This document shows positions 45,060 to 54,806 of a stretch of DNA of 64,000 nucleotides, piece after piece. The translations under genes were made by a program, and so were the position numbers. Where the stretch lies: sequence record LC819006.1; one strand, written 5' to 3'. The notes under the pieces were generated by a model. That model had not been told where the DNA came from and did no database searches. It saw nothing but the letters and a program-made list of their open reading frames with translations. Every line of letters begins with the position of its first letter. Position 1 is the stretch's first letter.

Positions 45060-46370
45060 TCAGTGTCCGTCCTTCTTCAAGTCAACGTGGTTGCCGCTAC
45101 GGTTGTTGAAAGCCAACACGTATTGGGCAAGATTGATGAACGAGTTCACCACCCCATCCACCAGGCCGTAATACATCAGAGCAGGCTGGTCCATCGTCTT
45201 CTGGAAGAACTTCAGATCGTAAAGCATGATGTCACGGTCGTTCTTCTTCTCTTTGGTGGAGAAGAGGTTTGCGCCGATCTTCTTGATCTTGGCTTCCATG
45301 CCCTTGATGAATGCTTCCTTGTCAACCTGATACTGCTTGACCTTATCTGCGCACGCTTTCAGCTGCGAGTTCAGATACTGGATGTTTTCGATGAGTTTGT
45401 CGGGATTGGCGAAATCGCCTTCGAGCACAGCGTACTTGTTCAAGTTGATGATGCCTTCGACTTTCGTCTTCTGGATCTTCAGGCCGTCGACCCAACGCAA
45501 GTTCTGCTTCATCACGTCATCGCTCTTCGCATCGTACTTCGGAGGCGGGAGCATCTGAACAGTCACGAAAGTGTTGTCGCCGAATTCTTCCGACGCATAC
45601 ACCTTGAGTTCACCATTCTTGCCGCGAGCAGCAGTGAGGACTTTACCCTCACGAGTTTCTTCGAACGGAACCGGCATCGAGTCGTCCGTCGGCTTATCGC
45701 CAAGCATGCTTTCTTTGGCCTTGCGGTTCATCTCGTGCTGGGCACCAAACACCTTCAGCATTTCAGAACCGATCTTGCCGAGGTACGGACCATCCATGAT
45801 GCCGTGAGTGGTCACGATATGCTTGAGGATCTCCGGCTTGGACAAATCGCACTTGGTGTAGAAGCCATTGGAGCCGATCGGATACGGACCATCTTTCTTC
45901 TGCTCGTCGGTCTTTTTCTCGTTAGCAGCTTTGACTTCTTCAGCTTTGTGCTTCAGATCGGCAGTCTTTTCTTCGTGGTCCTTGTTGCGCGTGAAGATGC
46001 GCTTGATCAGGCCCCACACCCACTGGAACGCTTTCTTGATCGCATTGATGATCGACATGAAAACGTTTTTGATTCCTTCACCGAATCCTTCGAGAGCGGC
46101 ATGACTGATGTCGTGCGTCTTGAAGGACTGCAAATCGGGAATCACTTTGTTCGGTTCACCGCCGATGCGACCCAGACGCAGGAAGCATTCAACGGAGTGC
46201 TGGACGAGTTTGTACGCTGTCTCATCGAGTCCCTTATCGCCGTCGGTCATCAGTTCCTGGGTATACGTGAGACTTTCCAGAGTCTGAATAGCCGTTTCGA
46301 CTTTCTCGTTATCGTGAGCATAAGCCTGGAGGTCCAGATCCAAGCTGTCGCTATAGGTGAGTGAGCTCAT
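45060..46370 (-). CDS. Internal head (inner body/ejection) protein, phiKZ gp93-97 paralog family
   Basis: Acidic propeptide with TLE/SL and ALE/GF, then amphipathic IKKAFQWVWGLIKRIF. Confidence 0.7.
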   Translation of the reverse strand: MSSLTYSDSLDLDLQAYAHDNEKVETAIQTLESLTYTQELMTDGDKGLDETAYKLVQHSVECFLRLGRIGGEPNKVIPDLQSFKTHDISHAALEGFGEGIKNVFMSIINAIKKAFQWVWGLIKRIFTRNKDHEEKTADLKHKAEEVKAANEKKTDEQKKDGPYPIGSNGFYTKCDLSKPEILKHIVTTHGIMDGPYLGKIGSEMLKVFGAQHEMNRKAKESMLGDKPTDDSMPVPFEETREGKVLTAARGKNGELKVYASEEFGDNTFVTVQMLPPPKYDAKSDDVMKQNLRWVDGLKIQKTKVEGIINLNKYAVLEGDFANPDKLIENIQYLNSQLKACADKVKQYQVDKEAFIKGMEAKIKKIGANLFSTKEKKNDRDIMLYDLKFFQKTMDQPALMYYGLVDGVVNSFINLAQYVLAFNNRSGNHVDLKKDGH

Positions 46371-46397
46371 CGGATTCCTTAATTAGACGTCATAAGA

Positions 46398-46431
46398 GAA
46401 TACTCAGGAGCCCGAAGGCTCCCGAGTATTC
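46398..46431 (-). terminator. Hairpin (UUCG loop) after the abundant head protein gene
   Basis: GAATACTCAGGAGCC-CGAA-GGCTCCCGAGTATTC. Confidence 0.7.
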
Positions 46432-46475
46432 CCAGTGACAACTAACCGAAGTCAGTTACCGGCACGAAACGAGGA

Positions 46476-47792
46476 TTACTCCTTGTTTTCGTACTGGCGT
46501 GCCGACAGTTCAGCGTACTGCAGCGATGCGCTCATGCCGCGGATCGAGTGCGAAGCGAACGAAGCCGCCGGCTCGTCCATCAGCTTGCGGAACAGCGTTG
46601 CCGAAGCCTTCGCCTTCTTCTCGGCGTCGCCCTTCGAATCGCCGCCTTCGCGCGATTGACCGGCCGCGAACTTTTCGAGCTTCGCGATGAACTTCGCCTT
46701 GTTGTTGTTGATGTCGGTGAGGTTGCGCTTGTACTCGCTCACTTCACCGGCGAACTTCTCGATCGCTTCCGCGAAGCCGCGGATTTCGTCCGGCGTCAGG
46801 ACCTTCAGCGTCTTGCCTTCGTCCTTCTTGTCGGACAGCGAGACCGAGCCGGCCTTGACCTTGTTCGCAGCTTCTTGAGCAGCCTTCACGTCGGCGCCGC
46901 CTTGTGCCTTCGGCACTGCGATGTACACGACGGATTCGCCCGGGAAGCGCGAGGTCACGAACACAGCGACGTCGCTTTCAGCCGTCACGCGCTTGGCCGT
47001 ACCGGCGTCAGCTTGCTTCAGGCCGTATTCGGCCGGCGACACGCCTTCCGTACGATCGTTCGCGAGGTCCGTTGCCTTGCCGAAGACGTCCGAGAACGCC
47101 TTTTGCTGGCTGAACAGCTTCTTCGCTTCAGCAGCCAGACCTTGCAGGTCGGCGGTCTTGACCGGCTGGCCGTTCACGCGCACGCTGTTGTACAGCGAGT
47201 CGTTTTCGAGGTTCGGCTCGGTAGCCTGGCCCGACAGCTTCGTGGTCGATTCCTTCAGCTTCTGAGCGCGCGATTGCAGACGCTCGGCCGCGCCGAAGAT
47301 CTTGTTGAAGAAGTTGCGGACCCACTCGATCGACTTCTTGATCGCGTCGACGATCGATTGCCAGATCTTCTTGGCGGAGATTTCGAGCGCTTCGACCGTG
47401 GCCTTGCCCAGTGCCGCGCGGTTCGTGCGCGTACGGAACGATTCCGACGACGGGATGCCGAGTTGCTTGTACGTCACGCCGATGCGTGCGACCTTGAGCA
47501 GCGTTTCGACGGACGTTTCGATGATCTCGGCCGTGTTCTCGTCGATGCCTTCGCCTTCGTTCGCTTCCGCGACTTGTTCGGCGATGGTTTCCAGGCCGTC
47601 GGCTGCAACAGCAGCTGCGTCGATCTGGTCGTTGCCCGTGTTGATCGCTGCTTCGTCGGCGTTGATTTCGCTGACGGCCGATGCCAGGGTGTTGGTTTCG
47701 TCCGGAGCGATTGCGTCAGCGCCGGTCATGGTGTCTGCGGCGTCGAAGTTTTCGTTCGAGTGCAGGATGCCGCTTTGCGGAAGGAAAGACAT
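46476..47792 (-). CDS. Internal head protein, gp93-97 paralog family (abundant)
   Basis: SNE/NF, SSE/SF, ALE/IS, then IKKSIEWVRNFFNKIF. Extreme codon bias. Confidence 0.75.
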   Translation of the reverse strand: MSFLPQSGILHSNENFDAADTMTGADAIAPDETNTLASAVSEINADEAAINTGNDQIDAAAVAADGLETIAEQVAEANEGEGIDENTAEIIETSVETLLKVARIGVTYKQLGIPSSESFRTRTNRAALGKATVEALEISAKKIWQSIVDAIKKSIEWVRNFFNKIFGAAERLQSRAQKLKESTTKLSGQATEPNLENDSLYNSVRVNGQPVKTADLQGLAAEAKKLFSQQKAFSDVFGKATDLANDRTEGVSPAEYGLKQADAGTAKRVTAESDVAVFVTSRFPGESVVYIAVPKAQGGADVKAAQEAANKVKAGSVSLSDKKDEGKTLKVLTPDEIRGFAEAIEKFAGEVSEYKRNLTDINNNKAKFIAKLEKFAAGQSREGGDSKGDAEKKAKASATLFRKLMDEPAASFASHSIRGMSASLQYAELSARQYENKE

Positions 47793-47924
47793 GTTGGATT
47801 ACTCCATTGCAATGAAGGTTACTAAGAGGCCCTTAGTTTAAAACACCTACTCTCGTAGGATCCTGAAAAACGTGCATTCTAAACTATATGCCTAAAATAC
47901 ACGTTTTAGTTTCTCACCAAACAA

Positions 47925-48509
47925 TTAAGAGCCAAAGAACACGCGAAGGGTGAAAAGCATATCGCTCAAACCATCCCGTTGTCCCAGCCATGTACGCAGG
48001 AAGTCCCGGATGAGAACGGGTTCGTTGTTGTAGCGCCCCAAGAGGAACTCGCGTGTTGCGATCCCAATCGTCCAGGCATTGTGCTTACCGATGTCCAGTG
48101 TGTCCACATAGATCATCGGATGATACTTCCGGAACCCCGTGTACACGTAGCAGACCGTCTCGTCAACGAAACGATTTTGCATCGTGTCAAAATATGGGTT
48201 CTGTTTCTGTTTTTCGATCCATTCGTTGATGGTCAAGGTGCCAAACGAGCCGAGGGCAGCTCGATACAGGCGTTCGCGAAAAGCGAAATCCCGCTTGAGC
48301 ATGTCCTCGTGCTTCGTGACCTCTTTCCAGAGTTCCTCGATGTCCGCGTTCGGAGTGAGGTCATTAGCCTCAGACTCCAAAGTGATACGCCGAGTTGCGG
48401 CACCTATAAGATCCACCTGAATGGGTTTGTTCACCTGAGCCTTACGGTACTCGATGGGGGCACCGAGAAAACCGTTCGGATAGAGTTTCAACCCACCGAA
48501 GATCTTCAT
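47925..48509 (-). CDS. Virion head protein (gp92 position)
   Basis: TLE/SE site. Synteny. Confidence 0.5.
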   Translation of the reverse strand: MKIFGGLKLYPNGFLGAPIEYRKAQVNKPIQVDLIGAATRRITLESEANDLTPNADIEELWKEVTKHEDMLKRDFAFRERLYRAALGSFGTLTINEWIEKQKQNPYFDTMQNRFVDETVCYVYTGFRKYHPMIYVDTLDIGKHNAWTIGIATREFLLGRYNNEPVLIRDFLRTWLGQRDGLSDMLFTLRVFFGS

Positions 48510-49399
48510 TACTGCATCTCCTCTTCGGCCTTGTTGATTTTGTAAATCAAGCCTTCCGACTTATCGCGCAGGAGTTTGATCTCCTTCTCGACTTGCGGGT
48601 TGGACTTGCCGGCTTGCGCTTCTTCCAGCAGCAGGATACGCGACTGGATGCGACGCAGGTCTTCCTGCGCCTCTTTGTAGCGCCATGCCTGGAACTCGAC
48701 GATCCACTTGCCGATATGGAAGAACGGGTTCAGGCTGACCGGGATGAAACCCATCTTGAACGGGTCCATCTTCAGACGACCGAAGAGCGCGTTGTTGTCG
48801 TCGCTGTCCGGATCCACCTTGACGTTCGGGATCTCGTCGAACTTCGACTTGAACTTGTCGTCCGACAGCGCTTCGAGGGTTTCCAGGAAGAACGGGAAAC
48901 GTGCGTCGACCCAGGCAGCTTCGCCCTTGGACATGTTCTCCTTCTGGTAGTCCTCGTACATGCCGATGGCTTCGGTTTCGTAGATCGTGACTGCCTCGAC
49001 GAACTTGCGGAGGAAACGATTCAGGAACGAAGCGTTGTCCACCAGTTGCATCATGACAGCCGAGCGATGATCGATCGTGGCCTGCGACACCGTTTCGGGC
49101 ATCGACTTGCGGATTTCCTGAGCCAGGATATCCAGGTTCTTCTGAACCTTGTGCAGACGATCCTTCAGGTCTTCGATCACGCTCGCGTTGCGTCCCAGAC
49201 GGAATGCTTCGCGATACTTCTCTTCGTAACCGAGGACCATCTCCGACTTGGCCTTGCGGGTTTTGAACGCCGCAGCAGCGGTGTTGTAGATCGGCATGAC
49301 CTTGGTGCTCAGATCTTGCTGAACCACTTCCAGCGAGGCCAGTACTTCATCCTTGCTGGTCACACCTTTGAGCGACTTGACGTATGCGTTGATATTCAT
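48509..49399 (-). CDS. Virion inner-body protein (gp90-like)
   Basis: 296 aa, helical. Synteny. Confidence 0.6.
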   Translation of the reverse strand: MNINAYVKSLKGVTSKDEVLASLEVVQQDLSTKVMPIYNTAAAAFKTRKAKSEMVLGYEEKYREAFRLGRNASVIEDLKDRLHKVQKNLDILAQEIRKSMPETVSQATIDHRSAVMMQLVDNASFLNRFLRKFVEAVTIYETEAIGMYEDYQKENMSKGEAAWVDARFPFFLETLEALSDDKFKSKFDEIPNVKVDPDSDDNNALFGRLKMDPFKMGFIPVSLNPFFHIGKWIVEFQAWRYKEAQEDLRRIQSRILLLEEAQAGKSNPQVEKEIKLLRDKSEGLIYKINKAEEEMQ

Positions 49400-49415
49400 G
49401 TTGGCGGCCTTGCTG

Positions 49416-50516
49416 TTAGAAGCTCGGAGCGTTGCCGAGCTGGTAAGCTTTCAGAATATCGGTGATCGAGGCGCTTTCCTTCTGGTTGGCCGCCTTGCAC
49501 TCGCGGATCGACAGATCCGACACCGACGGGATCCCGGTCGTGTAGAACTGCACACGGTCGTATTCCGTATCCATCACGGCCACGATGAACAGCCCCGTTG
49601 CATCGAACAACTTCTGGCGAGCCTTGAAGTTGCTGAACTTGTCGTTCATCGCCAGTTCGACCTTCTTGATGGTTTCCGTCGTGGTCACCACCAGGTTCGT
49701 CGAGTTTGCCACCGACGGGTTGAGCGAGAGTAGGCCGGAGAGCTTGTTGCCACGACGCTGGTTGGCCAGTGCCGTGTAAACGCCCGACTTGTCTTGCATC
49801 AGGTTCTTCTTGTGTTCCTTCACGAGATCGCGTGCCGTGAGCAGATCGACCAGGTTGATCTGACCGCTGCGGTACTTGATCCAGCGCGAGGACACATCGT
49901 TGTCGACATGACCCGTCGAGAGCAGCTTCGAGAGCAGATCCGGAACCATCGTCGAGGCTTGCAGGCGAATGAGAACCGGGAGCGTGCCCTTGTTGCCGCC
50001 AGCGGAGATCTGGACTTCCAGCAGCTTGCCGACAGACAGGTTGCTCGCTTCCTTGATCACTTCCGTCGAACGCGATGCCAGACCACCCGGTTCCGAGATT
50101 TCATTCTCGCCACCGAGCATCTGCGAAGCTTCGTTCGAAATCGACTTGAACGACGGCAAACGATGCTTGAAGCTTTCGTTGGACATCGTCCAGATCGCGC
50201 CGGCAGTGTCGATGGCGCTGTCTTTCGGATTGCGGTTGGGATTGAGCTTGTCCAGGTGCCGAGCCACTGCGATGTTGTCGATGCTTGCCTGGAGCATGTT
50301 CCAGGACAGCAGATAGTATGCCGAAAAAGCCGAATGCAGTGACTGGGTCACTGTGGGCGTATTTTCGTTGAAGAGCACACTGGAGTCGACGATCATCAGG
50401 GGTTCGACGCGGACATTGCGCGTGTAGTCGACGTACGAATCGGCAGTGCCGGAACGCATTGCGTCGATTACTTTGCCAGCGGTAACGAGGCCGGCTTCTC
50501 CAAGCTTTTCAAGCAT
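49416..50516 (-). CDS. Virion inner-body protein (gp89-like)
   Basis: GAGGA SD before ATG 50516. SNE/SF cleavage site. Synteny. Confidence 0.6.
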   Translation of the reverse strand: MLEKLGEAGLVTAGKVIDAMRSGTADSYVDYTRNVRVEPLMIVDSSVLFNENTPTVTQSLHSAFSAYYLLSWNMLQASIDNIAVARHLDKLNPNRNPKDSAIDTAGAIWTMSNESFKHRLPSFKSISNEASQMLGGENEISEPGGLASRSTEVIKEASNLSVGKLLEVQISAGGNKGTLPVLIRLQASTMVPDLLSKLLSTGHVDNDVSSRWIKYRSGQINLVDLLTARDLVKEHKKNLMQDKSGVYTALANQRRGNKLSGLLSLNPSVANSTNLVVTTTETIKKVELAMNDKFSNFKARQKLFDATGLFIVAVMDTEYDRVQFYTTGIPSVSDLSIRECKAANQKESASITDILKAYQLGNAPSF

Positions 50517-50548
50517 GATTTTATTCCTCGGGATAACAGGACTTTTAA

Positions 50549-51817
50549 ATGGATAACAGATTAGATCTAACGATCGACCAGATCTATTCACTCGGGAAAA
50601 ACGGGTCGGAGACCTTGCAAGCCGGGTTGGATCGAATCTACAATTCGACGCCTCTCGGTCCGTTGCCGAGTAACATGGTCAACACGATTTACGGTATCAA
50701 CCACCGACAGACTCAGTTGGCTTTGCCTTTCAACCGCGACAATTATGGTTTAACATTCTTTACGCGGCCGAGGTTGAACCTGACCACAAACAACATTCGT
50801 TTTGTTCGGCAAATGTATCCGTTGTTGAACACGGAGCCACGGTCTATTCAGCGGATCATCCGTTGCCTGCTGGATCCCTCACTGGCCTATCCAGACACGC
50901 AATACACTCAGATCCAACCTGTCAAGTCGCCCTATGTGGACGACCTGAATATGTTTATTCCACTGCTGTCCAACCTCTGTCTGACTATTTCGGGGTGGCC
51001 TGATTACGTCGTCGATACGCATACGACGCCCGAGGGTCACTACCGGGAATCGCACAGCATGGTCGACAGCAGTATTGAAGTTAAAAACACATACGAATTG
51101 TCGGCTTCCTTTCGGAACATACCGAATAATCCGGTCACATTATTGTTTTATTTCTGGATCTTCTACGCATCGAAGGTCTTTGAAGGTGAAATGATTCCGT
51201 ATGGCTCCTCGCTGTACGAAAATGAGATCGATTACAACACCCGAATCTACCGTCTGGTGCTGGATCCGACCAAGCGTTACGTTCAGCATATCTTGTCGAC
51301 TGGGGCGTCTTTCCCCCTCAATGCGCCGGTTGGTGCACTGGGTAACTTCGACCACGATCAGCCCTTCAATGAATCAGGGGATAACGTCAACATCCGCTTC
51401 CAATGTATCGGAATGGATTACAACGATCCGATCCAGATTCAGGAGTTTAACTCCGCTGTGACAATCATGAATCCTGGCATGGGCGATGGTTACCGTGACC
51501 AGTTCTACATCAAGATTCCTTACCAGATCCTCTCGTTCTTCAATATGCGTGGTTATCCTCGTATCGAGAAGAGCACGATGGAACTGGAATGGTACGTGTC
51601 CTACGCGATGTTCCAGTCGTATGCCGCTCAGTTGAGTGACTTCGCCAATATCCAGGGCATGCGCAACCAGACATTCTTGCAATATATTTCCGCAGGCGAC
51701 ACCTCTAATTATAAGAAAGCCTTGGAAGACCTGGATACCGAGAACCTAAATCAGACGTTTAACGGCGGCATCATTAAAGCTGATGTCAACGCGAACTCTG
51801 GTTCCTCACAGACTTAA
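50549..51817 (+). CDS. Virion baseplate/tail protein (gp88-like)
   Basis: 422 aa, divergent from the gp89-like gene. Synteny. Confidence 0.55.
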   Translation: MDNRLDLTIDQIYSLGKNGSETLQAGLDRIYNSTPLGPLPSNMVNTIYGINHRQTQLALPFNRDNYGLTFFTRPRLNLTTNNIRFVRQMYPLLNTEPRSIQRIIRCLLDPSLAYPDTQYTQIQPVKSPYVDDLNMFIPLLSNLCLTISGWPDYVVDTHTTPEGHYRESHSMVDSSIEVKNTYELSASFRNIPNNPVTLLFYFWIFYASKVFEGEMIPYGSSLYENEIDYNTRIYRLVLDPTKRYVQHILSTGASFPLNAPVGALGNFDHDQPFNESGDNVNIRFQCIGMDYNDPIQIQEFNSAVTIMNPGMGDGYRDQFYIKIPYQILSFFNMRGYPRIEKSTMELEWYVSYAMFQSYAAQLSDFANIQGMRNQTFLQYISAGDTSNYKKALEDLDTENLNQTFNGGIIKADVNANSGSSQT

Positions 51818-51831
51818 CTGGAGCCATTTTA

Positions 51832-54750
51832 ATGGGCACTATCCGTGACATCATGAACGACGCGCTGGCGGCGTCCTATGACCCTAGCGGTCAGTTCAGA
51901 GCGTCGATGCGCACGCTCGTAGCAATCATGAATGGGGAGATCGATGACGTCTCTCCAGCCAACCCCGTGGTGATGACCATCGAGAACACGGGTGCGTTGA
52001 TCGCGGCGTTCACTGAGAGCATGCAGACTCAGACTCAGCGGCTCTTGCAGGTGAACGCTCTGACGCCTGAGGACCTCTATCCTCACATGGCGGACGTACA
52101 CTTCACCAACATCTTCAATCTGCCGGCCAAGTCGACATTCACTCTGATTCTGGATAAGAAAGAGATCCTGAACCAGATGAAGCCGATTCCTGGCACGATG
52201 TCGAGCAAGGTGACGATTCCTCGCAACTCGTACTTTACTGTCTCGGATTACGTCTTCGGTATTCACTATCCGATCGACATCATCCAACAGGTGCATGGCG
52301 GCATTCGTGTTCAGTATGACACGAGTATGCCGACTGCTCTGGAAGCGTTGTCGACCAACATCTTGAATACGCGTGAAGTTCAGCGTGACGGGGTGACGTA
52401 TCTGGCAATTGACATCGACGTCTTCCAGTTCGACATTGCGAGTAAGACACCGGTAGTGACCCAAGGCACTACCTTCAGCTTCAACGTGGCGATCACGGAT
52501 CTGTATTACGCGACCCGTGTCTACATGACGAATGCTGACGGCTCGTACTCCGAGATCCCGGTAACGTACAGCGAGAAGATCTATGATCCTCTCAAGCCGT
52601 GTGCTGTGGTGAAACTGAGTGATGGGAACGTCAATGTTTCCATCCCGCAGATCTACATCAACCAGGACATCATCCTGGGCACGCTGCGCATCGATGTCTA
52701 CACCACGAAGGGACCGCTCCAGACCGATTTCTCCAGTTTCGCTATTGGTTCGGTAGGCTACCGCTTCAGAGACCTCGATAAGAACGCTGTAACGACGTAT
52801 ACGGCCCCGATGACGCAGTTGGATACCTGCATCATACTGGCGGAGCAGCCCGTCTCTGGCGGCGCTTTGGCGATGACCTTCGACGAGTTGCGCACAGCCG
52901 TGATTGCCGATGCAATTGGTGATCCGAACCTGCCGATCACGCCTGCCCAGATCCAGAACTTCATCACGCGTCTTGGCTACGACGTCATCAAGAATACCGA
53001 CATCGTGACCGACCGTGTGTTCCTGGGCACGAAGAACATGCCGGACCCGACTGATCCGTCTTTGCTCACTGCTGCGAACGCTTCTATCGAAACGATGAAT
53101 GCGGCGTTCACCGATCTGATCGGTAACTCGGCAGTGATCGACAACACAGCGGATTCGAACTCCATTACCTTGACGCCTAAGGCTATCTACCAGTTGGTCG
53201 ATGGCATGCTCAAGCTGGTGGACGATTCGACTCTTGCTTCGATCAATGCAATGCGCAGCGATCTGAAGGCAACGTACATCACCAATGGTGGTTTCCTCTA
53301 TTCGCCGTATTACTACGTGCTGGATAAGAGCAACAACCAGTTCCGTCTTGCGCCTTACTACCTGGATAATCCTCAGGTCCTGTCGCAGACGTTCGTCGAA
53401 GACAATGAAGGTACGCTCCTGCAAGTCAACACCAACGGGTACACGCTGGTGAAGACGGACTCGGGTTACACGCTTCGTCTGACGGTCAAATCCAATGACG
53501 ACTACAAGGCTTTGCAGGACACGGACGTACAGTGTCTGCTGGGCTTTAAGTCGCCCACGGAAGAAGATCCCTGCTGGCTCACCGGTACGCTCTACGGAAC
53601 GGATCCCACGAGCAAGGAACGGATCTGGGAATTCGATCTCTCGTCCAAGTTCGCTATGGACGTCACCGATCGGATTGACTTCCGTAACTTCAAGATGTAC
53701 GACACGACCGACAAGACGATCTTCGCAAGCCTCACGCAAGACTTCACGGTTATCTACGCGACTCAATCGCAAATGGGCAACCTCTTCGTGCCTGGCCTGA
53801 TCGACGCATTGCTTCCGCGTTATCTGGTCGGCCTGAATAGCAAGGCGATCTGTCAGGAGAAACTGACGCTGCAGTTCGGTCAAGCTTTGTCCAACCTCTG
53901 GGCACGTGCTCGTTCGGTTGCTTCCACGATCGAATACGAAACGTACCCGACCGACGTTATCCTACGCTACACGGACGACGTCTGGAAGGTGGATCCGGCA
54001 ACCAACAGCACGATCTTCATGGTCGACGGCAAGCCGACGCGCATTCTCCTGCATGCGAAGAACGATCCGATTCTGGATGCTAATGGAAACCAACAGGTTC
54101 AGTATCCGGCTGGTTCGATCGTGTATGACTACGCGCAGAATCCGCCCGTGCCGATCGTCAAGAACGTTCGTTATCTGAAACATCGCTTCGAGCTCTTCCT
54201 GATCGAAGGCGTCTATGCGTTCAGTAACGACGACATCGCTGTTGCCTATCGTAACACTGTTGCTCAGACGGTGGCTTCATGGGTGACGACCGACATGGTG
54301 AACGTTCAGAAGGCTTCGATGGATAAGACACGAGTCTACTTCTATCCGAAGACTATCTTCGGCACCATCGAGGTTGTGGTGGCCGATGGTATCATCCAGC
54401 AGATCTCGGCAGGTCAGCGTTTCGACGTTGCTCTGACTGTGACCAAGGAAGTCTATCAGGACGACGTTAAACGTCAGCTGCTGACCAATCAGACCACGAC
54501 GGTGATTGCCGCCTATCTGAAAGGCCAAACGCTTTCCAACAGCGACATCGTGGAACAACTTCGTGCAAGTTATGGCGAAGACGTTCTGGATGCTCAGGTA
54601 TCGCTCTTCGGCGACGCTGCGAACATTCCGGTGATGCAGTTGGTCAATGAAGTTCACTGTTGCGGTATTCGTAAACGACTGGTGTCGCGTGACGACAACA
54701 AGCTGGTCGTGCAGGAAGACATCAACGTGACCTTCACGATGATTCAGTAA
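51832..54750 (+). CDS. Large virion baseplate protein (gp87-like)
   Basis: 972 aa, beta-rich. GGAG SD. Synteny. Confidence 0.6.
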   Translation: MGTIRDIMNDALAASYDPSGQFRASMRTLVAIMNGEIDDVSPANPVVMTIENTGALIAAFTESMQTQTQRLLQVNALTPEDLYPHMADVHFTNIFNLPAKSTFTLILDKKEILNQMKPIPGTMSSKVTIPRNSYFTVSDYVFGIHYPIDIIQQVHGGIRVQYDTSMPTALEALSTNILNTREVQRDGVTYLAIDIDVFQFDIASKTPVVTQGTTFSFNVAITDLYYATRVYMTNADGSYSEIPVTYSEKIYDPLKPCAVVKLSDGNVNVSIPQIYINQDIILGTLRIDVYTTKGPLQTDFSSFAIGSVGYRFRDLDKNAVTTYTAPMTQLDTCIILAEQPVSGGALAMTFDELRTAVIADAIGDPNLPITPAQIQNFITRLGYDVIKNTDIVTDRVFLGTKNMPDPTDPSLLTAANASIETMNAAFTDLIGNSAVIDNTADSNSITLTPKAIYQLVDGMLKLVDDSTLASINAMRSDLKATYITNGGFLYSPYYYVLDKSNNQFRLAPYYLDNPQVLSQTFVEDNEGTLLQVNTNGYTLVKTDSGYTLRLTVKSNDDYKALQDTDVQCLLGFKSPTEEDPCWLTGTLYGTDPTSKERIWEFDLSSKFAMDVTDRIDFRNFKMYDTTDKTIFASLTQDFTVIYATQSQMGNLFVPGLIDALLPRYLVGLNSKAICQEKLTLQFGQALSNLWARARSVASTIEYETYPTDVILRYTDDVWKVDPATNSTIFMVDGKPTRILLHAKNDPILDANGNQQVQYPAGSIVYDYAQNPPVPIVKNVRYLKHRFELFLIEGVYAFSNDDIAVAYRNTVAQTVASWVTTDMVNVQKASMDKTRVYFYPKTIFGTIEVVVADGIIQQISAGQRFDVALTVTKEVYQDDVKRQLLTNQTTTVIAAYLKGQTLSNSDIVEQLRASYGEDVLDAQVSLFGDAANIPVMQLVNEVHCCGIRKRLVSRDDNKLVVQEDINVTFTMIQ

Positions 54751-54761
54751 CATAGATGAAC

Positions 54762-54795
54762 CATACACACCTGGGCTTACGCCCAGGTGTGTATG
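54762..54795. terminator. Hairpin between convergent genes
   Basis: CATACACACCTGGGC-TTAC-GCCCAGGTGTGTATG. Confidence 0.72.
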
Positions 54796-54806
54796 TGCTC
54801 TTTCGT

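Noticed and set aside
49416-50591. ORF-track start at 50591, overlapping the divergent gene
   Set aside because: ATG 50516 has a GAGGA SD and removes the overlap.
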